From positions 1 to 64,000 of the forward strand of contig PRDH01000019.1 in the NCBI GenBank assembly GCA_003345545.1: 64,000 nucleotides of DNA. Direction: 5' to 3'. Positions 49,021 to 57,902 of this stretch are shown one piece after another. Source of the DNA: Candidatus Thorarchaeota archaeon (GTDB taxonomy: Archaea > Asgardarchaeota > Thorarchaeia > Thorarchaeales > Thorarchaeaceae). Numbering within the stretch: position 1 is the first letter of the stretch; each line of letters opens with the position of its first letter. Both the position numbers and the translations under genes were made by a program. The notes below the pieces were generated by a model, which saw only the letters and a list, made by a program, of their open reading frames with translations, was not told the DNA's origin and searched no databases.

Positions 49021-51468
49021 TTGATGGCAAGTTCTTGGGTACTTAAGACACGACAGGCAAGCGAGGCTGGCAAAGAGATCCTGCTGCGGGAGGCTCTTGT
49101 TGCTCATATGCGAAGTACGAGAGACAGGCAGCTCTTCACTGGGATATTGACTGAAACTCGGCCGCTAAAGGACGTCTTTTCGTTTTTTGCATCTTTCTAT
49201 CTGCACAGCTATCAGGGAATAAGATTGCTAGAGGCCGCAGAATCTCCTGAACTTACTGCTGATGGTAAAGATGACCTTGGTCAAGAGGAACGCCATCAAT
49301 TGGAGCTAGAAGTGCGTAAGCTCTTTGGCGATAAGCAACGTGAGGAGATTCACACAACGCGTATCATGAGTGAACTCGCGATACGTTTCTGTGATGAATT
49401 GGGAGGCAAGCTGTCTTCCTCCCCAGATCTGCGCGAGAAGGTGCTCTCTCTCCTAAATGAGTATCTTCAGAGAATTCCATCAGAGTACTCTCCTAATCAC
49501 GACATTGACTTCGTTGTTGAAGTCACTGGCTGGGGTACACAATGGCGTGATGAGCTCTACACGAAGGCGTCAGGATTGAAAGAGAGTGCGCTCTCGTTGA
49601 GAGAGGAGTTATTGAGAGACCATCCTTCAGAAGTGCCTGAAACAACCGTCCTAAGAATGGGTCTTGAACGCATCCATGGTCGAGCTGAGTTTGCAAGGGG
49701 TCGGCTATCTGATGCTATTATTCCTTCTCGCAATTGGGATGGTATTGCAGATGCCATCATTGGACGTTTCTGCAGGGATGCGGACGAAGTCAAGTGTCTG
49801 AAGCAAGCACATGAAATCCGACTCGCCCTGCTGAAGGCAGTTGAAGAGAAGTACGATACGCCTACTACGATCGAGGACTATGAGCAAAGGCTAGGATCTG
49901 TTGTCGCCGGTCCAATCGCTGACATCCTGTCCTCTGATTCATCTCTGGTACTAGGCATATTATCCAGTCTTCTTGCTATTGATTCAGATGAACTGAAGGC
50001 GCAGCTTCGTCGGAAGGGTATTGACGATTTGTCCATCATTGGAGAAGGCCTAAGAGCGCTCGCAGATGTTGTTGAAGACGCCCCATCAGGTCCACAGATC
50101 AGCAAGCAAGAGATGGAGCTCCTTGAGCGTTCTCTGAAGACTCTAGAGAAGCTTGAGCACACTCTCGAACATCCGGTGAAAGGACTGTTGAAGGCTCGGG
50201 GCCTTCGAGCCTCAGAACTTGACAAGATTTCCGTGGATCTCCTTGTTAAGGATCGGAAAAGCTTGGTGGGGATTGAAGTTGAGGTTCTTGATGAGTTGGC
50301 TAAGAAGATGCGAGTTCCGCCTCCGGAAGAGGTCAAGAGGCTTGTTGAAATACGGGGCCAAGTAAAAAGTGGCGCCTTAAGTACGCTGGGCATATCTTCA
50401 GCCCGTGATTTTAGCAGACAACGCGTCGAGGAAGAAACAGTCAGGTCAATCAAACTTGACATAATCTGGCACCTCACGACTAGCATTCTAACAAACCTCA
50501 CTAGGATAGTTGAGTCCTATATTCGGTCGAAGCAAGACCTGCTTCGTGTCAAGGCACTATTGAAGAGTATATACGAAGACACAGACCCAAGTCTGCAGTT
50601 TCTAAGAGAAGAGATTCTGGTTGATTTGGCTGCCATGCGTATCCATGAGTTTAAGGTAGTACACCCTGAACTTGATACAGCAAATATCTGCACATGGATG
50701 CATGCACGTCTCTCGAGTAAGGATATGACGGCTGCACGAAAGGATCTTGATGCTACTCCGAGTCCTGCTTTCGAGGGTATTATCGACAAGCCGCTTGAGA
50801 TGAGTGGTCTAGAGTATGATAACTATGCTATTGCCTTTGATATAATGCAGCGTTTCTTGAAACAGGAGCGCCTCGAAAAGCTTGCCAAAGATGAGTACGC
50901 GTTTGAAACCAAGCAAAAAGAGCAAATCCTCCTCGAGTCAAAACGGGAGTCTCTCGATGTTCTGACGTACTTGCATAACAAGGCTCAGACCGTGTTTCGT
51001 GCCATAGGCCGTGTAGGAACCAAGGGTCTGGAATGGTCTCAGAGCGATACCTCAAAGTGTTCTAACCTACTGGCATACTACATCAAAACTGGTCGTGGAA
51101 GGCTCATCTGTTCTGCATGTGGCACTGTTTCAAAGGAGAAGAAATGCCCACAACATGGCACATCCTTCATCAAGGAAGCAAATGACATGGATAATCTAGC
51201 GATATTCATGATGAGAGCGAACTATGAAATTAAAGATGGTCTTGTTGGGAGGAGTGCTGAACAGATGCCTTGGGACAAGGCAAAATCGAGCATCGAGCGC
51301 GAAATAGGCATCCTGAAGCGAAAGGGCAAATTGACCTCAAAGGCCAATCTAAAGGAACTTCTCCCTGGAGAGATCAACTATGTGATTGGTCCTGTTATTT
51401 GCGAAATCATTGGCAAGTACTTCAACGAGTCACTAGTCTATGCAGCTCGTAGAGCCGAAGTGGCTTAA
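49021..51468 (+). CDS. Large hypothetical alpha-helical protein with C-terminal Zn site (CSACG..CPQHG)
   Basis: 815-aa ORF starting 1 nt after the upstream stop. Confidence 0.78.
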   Translation: MMASSWVLKTRQASEAGKEILLREALVAHMRSTRDRQLFTGILTETRPLKDVFSFFASFYLHSYQGIRLLEAAESPELTADGKDDLGQEERHQLELEVRKLFGDKQREEIHTTRIMSELAIRFCDELGGKLSSSPDLREKVLSLLNEYLQRIPSEYSPNHDIDFVVEVTGWGTQWRDELYTKASGLKESALSLREELLRDHPSEVPETTVLRMGLERIHGRAEFARGRLSDAIIPSRNWDGIADAIIGRFCRDADEVKCLKQAHEIRLALLKAVEEKYDTPTTIEDYEQRLGSVVAGPIADILSSDSSLVLGILSSLLAIDSDELKAQLRRKGIDDLSIIGEGLRALADVVEDAPSGPQISKQEMELLERSLKTLEKLEHTLEHPVKGLLKARGLRASELDKISVDLLVKDRKSLVGIEVEVLDELAKKMRVPPPEEVKRLVEIRGQVKSGALSTLGISSARDFSRQRVEEETVRSIKLDIIWHLTTSILTNLTRIVESYIRSKQDLLRVKALLKSIYEDTDPSLQFLREEILVDLAAMRIHEFKVVHPELDTANICTWMHARLSSKDMTAARKDLDATPSPAFEGIIDKPLEMSGLEYDNYAIAFDIMQRFLKQERLEKLAKDEYAFETKQKEQILLESKRESLDVLTYLHNKAQTVFRAIGRVGTKGLEWSQSDTSKCSNLLAYYIKTGRGRLICSACGTVSKEKKCPQHGTSFIKEANDMDNLAIFMMRANYEIKDGLVGRSAEQMPWDKAKSSIEREIGILKRKGKLTSKANLKELLPGEINYVIGPVICEIIGKYFNESLVYAARRAEVA

Positions 51469-51574
51469 ATCTTGGCTCTGTACACAAGATTCTGAGTGCA
51501 TCATGTCCCAGGCAAAATAGTGCAGTAGCGAAGCCCATTTATACCAACCTGCTCGGACTGGCATTGGTGATTTC

Positions 51575-52972
51575 ATGAGTAGATTCGTCCCAAAAGGAGT
51601 CATGCCGGCCCTCGTAACACCATTCACCAGAGATGGCGACATCAACGAAGAAGGCTTCAGACAGGTTATCGACTACACTATCAGTAAAGGTGCAACTGGA
51701 GTCGTACCAGCTGGAACGACCGGGGAATTCTCGTATATGCGTACTGAGGAGCGTAAGAAACTACTGAAGCTCACTGTGGAGTATGTTGACGGTCGCGTTC
51801 CCATTATTGCTGGCACCGGCCAAAACAGCACCAGAGCGACTGTACTCTTGACCAAGTACGCTGCAGACATCGGATGCGATGCAGCCCTCGTGATTTCACC
51901 CTACTATCTCCGGCCTGGTGACAAGGGATACTATGAGCACTATGCAACAGTGGCACGTCAAGCTGACCTGCCAGTGATTCTGTACAATCTCCCCCAATGC
52001 ACTCTCGGAGTTCTCAATTCCAATGTAGTAGAAGATCTCTCTGAGATAGACAATGTTGTTGGCATAAAGGATAGCAGCGGTAATATGCCATATCTTCTAG
52101 AATTGCTCGAGAAAGTGCACGGCAGGATAGAAGTCATAATCGGAGCTGACGAGTGCTTCCTTTCTGCAGTAGCTGCTGGAGTGAAGGCGGCGATTCTTGC
52201 TACAGCAAATCTCATTCCCCATATTTGGCTTGAAATCATGCACAAGGTCCAGAAGGGAAAGATCGAAGAGGCTGCGAAGCTGCAGAACTCTGTGCAGACA
52301 TTAGCACGTCTTATACTGAAGAACGGTGCTGCGCCTCCTATTAAGGCAGGTCTACGCATGCTGGGCATCAATGCAGGCAAGAGTAGGATGCCACTTGATA
52401 CTGGAGGCACGCTCACTCCTGAAACCAAAGAAGAAATCCGGCTTGAGCTCCAGAAACTTGGAGTCCTAGAAGAACTCAAGCATCCTTCAATCCAGCGAAG
52501 CATCCAGATATTTGAGGCATTGCTGCAGCAAGGTTTCACTATAGATGAGACGTCGAATGTCAAACAGAGCTCCGGTTCGAATAATACTGTTTCTGTGGCC
52601 ATCGCCACAGGAAGCAAGAATAGCCCTCTGGGCGGAACCTTCGTCAAGCTTCTCACAATGCCAAAAATAGGTCACGAAGCCCTCATGGTTATTCTGGAGC
52701 CCAACCTGGCTGTCCGTCCCAGTAGCATCATGTTTCCAATGAGGAGAATCGAATCGATGCGACAGGCATCCCTATTCTATGGTCCAGTTCAGTCTGGAGC
52801 TGCGCGAGCTATTGCTTCCTATCTTGAGAAAGGCAAGATTCCAAATCAGTCAATAGAAGATGATGTGATGGTCATGGCATTGGACGTTGATTTGAATTCG
52901 AAGGACCGCCGACAAGTCGTTGCAGCGACACAAGAGGCTGTTGAAAAGGCCCTAGCTGGCATATGGAGGTAG
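51575..52972 (+). CDS. DapA-family class I aldolase fused to degenerate formaldehyde-activating enzyme (Fae) domain, copy A
   Basis: PALVTPF, GTTGE, LYNLP, GIKDSSG. C-terminal GHEALMVILEPNLAVRP..LFYGPVQSGAARA is Fae-like. Confidence 0.85.
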   Translation: MSRFVPKGVMPALVTPFTRDGDINEEGFRQVIDYTISKGATGVVPAGTTGEFSYMRTEERKKLLKLTVEYVDGRVPIIAGTGQNSTRATVLLTKYAADIGCDAALVISPYYLRPGDKGYYEHYATVARQADLPVILYNLPQCTLGVLNSNVVEDLSEIDNVVGIKDSSGNMPYLLELLEKVHGRIEVIIGADECFLSAVAAGVKAAILATANLIPHIWLEIMHKVQKGKIEEAAKLQNSVQTLARLILKNGAAPPIKAGLRMLGINAGKSRMPLDTGGTLTPETKEEIRLELQKLGVLEELKHPSIQRSIQIFEALLQQGFTIDETSNVKQSSGSNNTVSVAIATGSKNSPLGGTFVKLLTMPKIGHEALMVILEPNLAVRPSSIMFPMRRIESMRQASLFYGPVQSGAARAIASYLEKGKIPNQSIEDDVMVMALDVDLNSKDRRQVVAATQEAVEKALAGIWR

Positions 52973-52977
52973 GCATC

Positions 52978-54456
52978 ATGTACAGTGGTAGCTATCGTTT
53001 TCAAGGCGTCTATCCAGCGTTAGTCACACCGTTTGACGAGAACGGTGTAAATGAAAAGCAGTACAGAAACCTCATTGAGTATACGATCAAGGCCGGCGCC
53101 ACGGGTATTGTTCCCTGCGGGACAACCGGAGAATTCACCAGCATGAGGTTTGATGAAAAAGTTGAAGCCATCAGAATTGCCTGTGAAGTGGCAAAGGACC
53201 GTGTTCCCGTTCTTGCAGGGACTGGGGCTGCCTACACAGGCGATGCAATCAAGCTGACACGACGAGCTTCCGAGCTAGGAGCTTCAGGAGCTCTGGTGGT
53301 TTCTCCATACTTCTTGAGACCTTCAGACAAGGAGATATTCGAGCATTTTGAGAAGATTGCGAATAACAGCGACATTCCCATCTTCATTTATAATATCCCT
53401 CAGGTAACTGGTGTTCCCATCCATTGGACGCTTGTCGATGGTCTGCGGGAGATTGATGGAATTGCAGGACTGAAGGATTCAAGTGGTGACCTGATTAATC
53501 TGACGACAATCCTTGTTCGCAAACCCGAGAGCTTCCAAGTAGTTGTCGGTCACGATGAGGTAGCACTTCCTGCTCTCGCATCAGGTTGTGATGGGGCTAT
53601 ACTCGCAAGTGCCAACGTTTTTCCCGATAGGTACATCAAGATGCAGACTGCCTTGGCGAGTGGCTATCTCAAGGAAGCCATGATTATCCAGCGAAGCATC
53701 CAGAAGACAGTCCGCATCTTTGTGAACAGTGGTGGAGGAATGGCAATAAAGGCGGCCCTGAATATGATGGGTATCCCTGTCGGAAAGGCGAGGCCCCCTC
53801 TCCAGATTGGTGATTCTCTCAGCTATGCTGACCTTGATGAACTGAGGGCTTGCCTTGAGGATCTGCAAATGATTCCAAGAGGGCCAGTCACATTCAAGAT
53901 GAGGGGCAACTCAGTAGTTGCAGAGAACTACCCCAAGGCAGTGGGGCAAGTACCCGACACTGTGGCAGACTTGACTCTCCTTCATGGAGAGTCGTTATTC
54001 GGTTCAAATACTGAAGTGGCTCATGTCGACCTTCTCCTTGGAATAAGAGATGGCCCAATAAAGGAGGCTCTTGCCAATGCAGGAAAGATTGCTGATGACC
54101 GGCATCCGTCCAATGTGATAAAGGATCTTGAGCTCACAACTGTATTTGCTCCGACAGTGACCATCACATCTGAGAAGCACAAGAAGCTGGTCTACGATGT
54201 CGCCCAGAAGGCGGTCAAAGATGCAGTCAAGCGTACCATTACAGATATGATTATCCCAGAAGAGCTAATCCCTGACCTTGTGATTGCTGTGAATGTCTTT
54301 GTTCACCCGAGCGCAGCGAATCCAAGGCGAGTGCACATCAATAATTTCATTGCTGTTCGCCATGCCATCCGACGTGCAATTGAAGGTCGTCAGAGTGTTG
54401 ATGAGATAATCGCGCGTAAGGATTCTGCCAGGCATCCATTTGCCTATAACCCATAA
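52978..54456 (+). CDS. DapA-family class I aldolase fused to Fae domain, copy B
   Basis: PALVTPF, GTTGE, IYNIP, GLKDSSG. C-terminal GESLFG..EVAHVDLLLG..VTI..AQKAV..VFVHP..NNF..RHPF. ATG 52978 follows GGAGGT. Confidence 0.88.
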   Translation: MYSGSYRFQGVYPALVTPFDENGVNEKQYRNLIEYTIKAGATGIVPCGTTGEFTSMRFDEKVEAIRIACEVAKDRVPVLAGTGAAYTGDAIKLTRRASELGASGALVVSPYFLRPSDKEIFEHFEKIANNSDIPIFIYNIPQVTGVPIHWTLVDGLREIDGIAGLKDSSGDLINLTTILVRKPESFQVVVGHDEVALPALASGCDGAILASANVFPDRYIKMQTALASGYLKEAMIIQRSIQKTVRIFVNSGGGMAIKAALNMMGIPVGKARPPLQIGDSLSYADLDELRACLEDLQMIPRGPVTFKMRGNSVVAENYPKAVGQVPDTVADLTLLHGESLFGSNTEVAHVDLLLGIRDGPIKEALANAGKIADDRHPSNVIKDLELTTVFAPTVTITSEKHKKLVYDVAQKAVKDAVKRTITDMIIPEELIPDLVIAVNVFVHPSAANPRRVHINNFIAVRHAIRRAIEGRQSVDEIIARKDSARHPFAYNP

Positions 54457-54523
54457 GCCTGCTCTCAGTGTAATGTGAGGTGGTCATACGCTTGACCGTA
54501 GCATCAGTCTCTGCCAAAACATC

Positions 54524-54545
54524 ATTGGCCATTTGTTAAGTCCAC
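54524..54545. repeat. 22-bp exact direct repeat, copy 2
   Basis: Identical to 18958-18979. Confidence 0.85.
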
Positions 54546-54762
54546 AAAAACTGGCATTACACTAATCAGAACTTCTAGGTACATCCTAGGAGTTCCAAGA
54601 AGAGTGCGCCTTCAGAATAGCCCCTACCCCCTGTTTGGGCGCATTCCACGGTGCATTTCTGTCTGGTTCCTCTATATATACTTCAGTGTACATGTGTTGT
54701 ACAAGTCTTGCATCCCTCTTAGACTGCCGCGTCATCACCACATCCGTCGGAGTAAAACAGGA

Positions 54763-54948
54763 ATGGCTGAGAACTACATCATTCGCATTGGCGATATTCC
54801 TTCTCGGAAAATCCGCAAGAGTGTTCGCGGATTCTTGGAGGATGAAGATGTCGCTGTTGTGGTCAATGATGGACAGATATTCGACGTAGTGCTCGAAAAG
54901 AATCGGCTTGTCATGAAGTCTGACGAACTCTGGTCAGTTCAGAAATAG
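54763..54948 (+). CDS. Small hypothetical protein (61 aa)
   Basis: MAENYIIRIGDIPSRKIRKSVRGFLEDEDVAVVV... GGAG RBS upstream; TATATATA at ~54672. Confidence 0.55.
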   Translation: MAENYIIRIGDIPSRKIRKSVRGFLEDEDVAVVVNDGQIFDVVLEKNRLVMKSDELWSVQK

Positions 54949-55213
54949 TCGCGATTTGCTCTCGAATCTCTCCCCTAAATATCTGTCCAGTCGTTGAAGT
55001 GTGGATCTCAGCCCAATTCCTACCTCATTCTTTCAAAGAAAAAGTGGCAAATCTCAGCCTGCTCTTGGCTCGTCATCGCTAATGCTCAGACAGGGGTAAC
55101 TGCCTCATCGATTGCCATCTCTACTAGCAACATCTAGCCTTATGAAAGTGTTCAAAGCTGAATCAGAATCTTCTTAGCGATAAAGCTACTCAGCCCATCT
55201 CGGTGTTGAATCC

Positions 55214-56341
55214 GTGCTAGAGTCTAGAGTGCTCTCACTTCTGAGGGATTTGGTGGCAACGAGCTCAGAAAATCCTCCTGGCCGTGAAGACAAAGTCGCC
55301 AAGGTGCTTCGCGAGCATATGGAATCGCATGGAATCGGCTGTGTGTCAGTTGGTCCAAGCAGGCGCCCAAATCTGATATTCTCAAGTCATGATGGTCGCC
55401 ACGCCGACTTGGTCATGCATGGTCATATGGATACTGTGCCTGTTGGCAGGCCAGAGAGTTGGTCTCACGATCCCTTCGGGTCGGAGATTGTTGATGGGGC
55501 GTTCTATGGAAGAGGAGCCTGTGATATGAAAGGTCCACTCGCGGCACTCGCAGAGACCCTTATCATCTATGCTGAGGAACATCATCATCAGCCTCTTCTT
55601 GTGCTCAACACGTCAGATGAGGAGAGAGTCTTTTCAGGCGCAGAAAATGTGGTCAAGAGTGGGGAACTTGCTGGGGTACGATACGGAGTCTGTGCAGAAC
55701 CCACCAATTTGCAGGTCCTTGCTGGGGAGAAGGGCCTATTCTGGTCAAGGATTGTGGCGACTGGAAAATCCGCCCATGGTTCGCGTCCGGAGCTGGGAGT
55801 GAATGCAATCAGCGCCTGCATTGACGCAATTGATGTTCTACTTTCTGATGAATACCCATATGAAAAAGACCGACTGCTAGGCAAACCCACAGTAAACGTT
55901 GGATTAATCCGAGGCGGTATCATGGTCAATGTTGTTCCAGATAGCTGCGAAGCGCAGCTGGATTTTCGGACTGCCAAAGGGCAGAGTCCCGAATCTCTCA
56001 TGAAGTTGATGAACGAACGGCTGAACTCAGCAGGCCTATCTAATCGAGTAAAAGTTGAGTATATGCATGGAAAGCCAGCGGTCTTGACACCCCATGATTC
56101 AGTCATAGTCCAAGTCGCAGTTGAGGAAGTAGAGAGAGCGACCGGAGTTCATTCCGCACTGGGAGCTGCAACATATGGCACAGACTGCTCCGTCCTGCAG
56201 ACGAAGGCTGGAATCCTCAATGTCATCTGTGGCCCCGGGATGATAGAGCATGCTCACCAGCCTGATGAGCATATCAGTCTGAATCAGTTGTACAAGGCTG
56301 TTGACGTCTTTCTAGGAATAGCTCGGAGATTCGATCAATGA
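55214..56341 (+). CDS. M20 family metallo-amidohydrolase (ArgE/DapE-like)
   Basis: HGHMDTVP, GRGACDMKG, DEE, AEPT, GKSAHGS, GTD, GPG..AHQPDE. Confidence 0.93.
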   Translation: MLESRVLSLLRDLVATSSENPPGREDKVAKVLREHMESHGIGCVSVGPSRRPNLIFSSHDGRHADLVMHGHMDTVPVGRPESWSHDPFGSEIVDGAFYGRGACDMKGPLAALAETLIIYAEEHHHQPLLVLNTSDEERVFSGAENVVKSGELAGVRYGVCAEPTNLQVLAGEKGLFWSRIVATGKSAHGSRPELGVNAISACIDAIDVLLSDEYPYEKDRLLGKPTVNVGLIRGGIMVNVVPDSCEAQLDFRTAKGQSPESLMKLMNERLNSAGLSNRVKVEYMHGKPAVLTPHDSVIVQVAVEEVERATGVHSALGAATYGTDCSVLQTKAGILNVICGPGMIEHAHQPDEHISLNQLYKAVDVFLGIARRFDQ

Positions 56342-56560
56342 ATTAATTCCCTACGCAATTCATCTTGGCGATAAGCAGACTATCGATGTAGCTCCGAGTC
56401 CATAAATGGCACTCACGACATCTCCCCATAGTCAGTATTCCTATTGGTTCCTTTATATCCGTCAAGAAACGTCGTAGCTATGAAACCGCAGTCTCCATCA
56501 GGGGAAGCTTTAAAGTTGGCGTTGTGTTGAAGGAGCCTGCTGCGTTGTTGTAACAGAGCA

Positions 56561-57091
56561 GTGGGGCAACCTTTGATGCAAATCACCGTACTCTTTACAG
56601 ATCCGCTATTCCTGATTGTTTTGGTTTGGATACTCGCAGCTATTGCTGCAGCAATCTGGGCGCGCCGACCAAGAACCAAAGTGGCCAAGGTCAAAGGGCC
56701 TCTGATGAAACAGATCGGGAAGATGATAGGTGAAACAGAGAAGGGTGGCAAATTATCCGTGCCTGCTGTGAGAACGAGGCAAGAGATAATCACACGCATG
56801 TTTGAATCAAAGATGGATGCAATCGGTCTAGAACCATCCAAGGATGGCGGCTATATTCCTGTATCCACAACACCTCTAGCAAGATTCCTGAAGGACCGCG
56901 GTGTGCCAGATGATACTATCGATGCGATTCTCGCCGGTCTAATGGAAGAGAAACAAGAAACCGAAGTGCGAGCCATCATTGACGCCGCAGCCGATTCGCC
57001 AGAGATTAATCTCGTTGGTAATGAATTGGACAAGGCAAAGGATCTTGCTGTGGAAGAATGGAAGAATCTCCGTGCGTCTGGGAAAGCCTAG
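56561..57091 (+). CDS. Single-pass membrane hypothetical protein
   Basis: N-terminal TM segment followed by a basic stop-transfer and a helical domain. Confidence 0.65.
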   Translation: MGQPLMQITVLFTDPLFLIVLVWILAAIAAAIWARRPRTKVAKVKGPLMKQIGKMIGETEKGGKLSVPAVRTRQEIITRMFESKMDAIGLEPSKDGGYIPVSTTPLARFLKDRGVPDDTIDAILAGLMEEKQETEVRAIIDAAADSPEINLVGNELDKAKDLAVEEWKNLRASGKA

Positions 57092-57106
57092 GAGGGCAAT
57101 CGCAGA

Positions 57107-57832
57107 TTGACTGAGCTTTTGCATATGAGAGACAATTATCAAAAATCATTTGATGCTAAAGTAGTTGCATCGGGGGCAGACTATGTCACTCTCGATCGTA
57201 CTGCATTCTATCCGGAGGGTGGCGGTCAGTCCAGCGATGTTGGTGAACTCTCGGATGGTTCGCGTACCGTTCACGTAAAAGAAGTACGGAAAGTTGAGGG
57301 GGAAGTCCTCCATAAAATAGACGGACCTCCCTTTGCAAAAGGCACATCCTTGCATGGCGAAATCGACTGGAACGCTCGATACAAGTGTATGCGTTTTCAC
57401 ACTGCTCAACATATTCTCTCTCGCTATCTTCAACTGAATTACGGAGTCGAAACGGTCGGTAACAGTATCTCGTCTAACGAGAGTAGAGCCGACTATTCGC
57501 CCCTAGATTCATTTGAAGACGAGATGAAGAGAAACGTTGAAGCTGGTGTGAACGGCCTCATTCGGCGGAATATGGATGTCGAGGTTAGGTTCATGCCACG
57601 CAGTGAAGCTATCTCCTACTTGGAGCAGAGAGGATATCAAGCCCGATATCTGGAAATGGTGCCCAAGTCCGTGAAAGAGTTTCGTATACTACTCATTGGG
57701 GACTATGATGCCGCATCATGTGCTGGGACTCATGTTGCCAATACAAAAGAGATTGGCGGAATCCAAATTGGCAAGTCCAAGAATGTGGGAGCCGGCAAGC
57801 GACGCATATATTTCCAGTTGCATTCTCCCTAA
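57107..57832 (+). CDS. alaX: Alanyl-tRNA editing protein AlaX-M
   Basis: LDRTAFYPEGGGQ..D.G, MRFHTAQH, CAGTHV..T.EIG. Confidence 0.93.
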   Translation: MTELLHMRDNYQKSFDAKVVASGADYVTLDRTAFYPEGGGQSSDVGELSDGSRTVHVKEVRKVEGEVLHKIDGPPFAKGTSLHGEIDWNARYKCMRFHTAQHILSRYLQLNYGVETVGNSISSNESRADYSPLDSFEDEMKRNVEAGVNGLIRRNMDVEVRFMPRSEAISYLEQRGYQARYLEMVPKSVKEFRILLIGDYDAASCAGTHVANTKEIGGIQIGKSKNVGAGKRRIYFQLHSP

Positions 57833-57902
57833 TTGGTACAAATTCATTACAGGACTAACAGTTTTATGCATCAAAAGACTGAGCATAAGTAGTGTGAGCA
57901 TA

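Noticed and set aside
18958-54545. 35.6-kb integrated element bounded by attL/attR
   Set aside because: The enclosed genes are housekeeping (gdhA, thrC, ilvE, histone), with no integrase or tRNA target; the repeat is kept only as an unexplained motif.
51575-56341. Diaminopimelate lysine operon (dapA, dapA, dapE)
   Set aside because: Both aldolases lack the DHDPS substrate Arg and carry Fae domains. No dapB, asd or lysC is nearby. The M20 gene is ~750 nt away and its specificity cannot be assigned.
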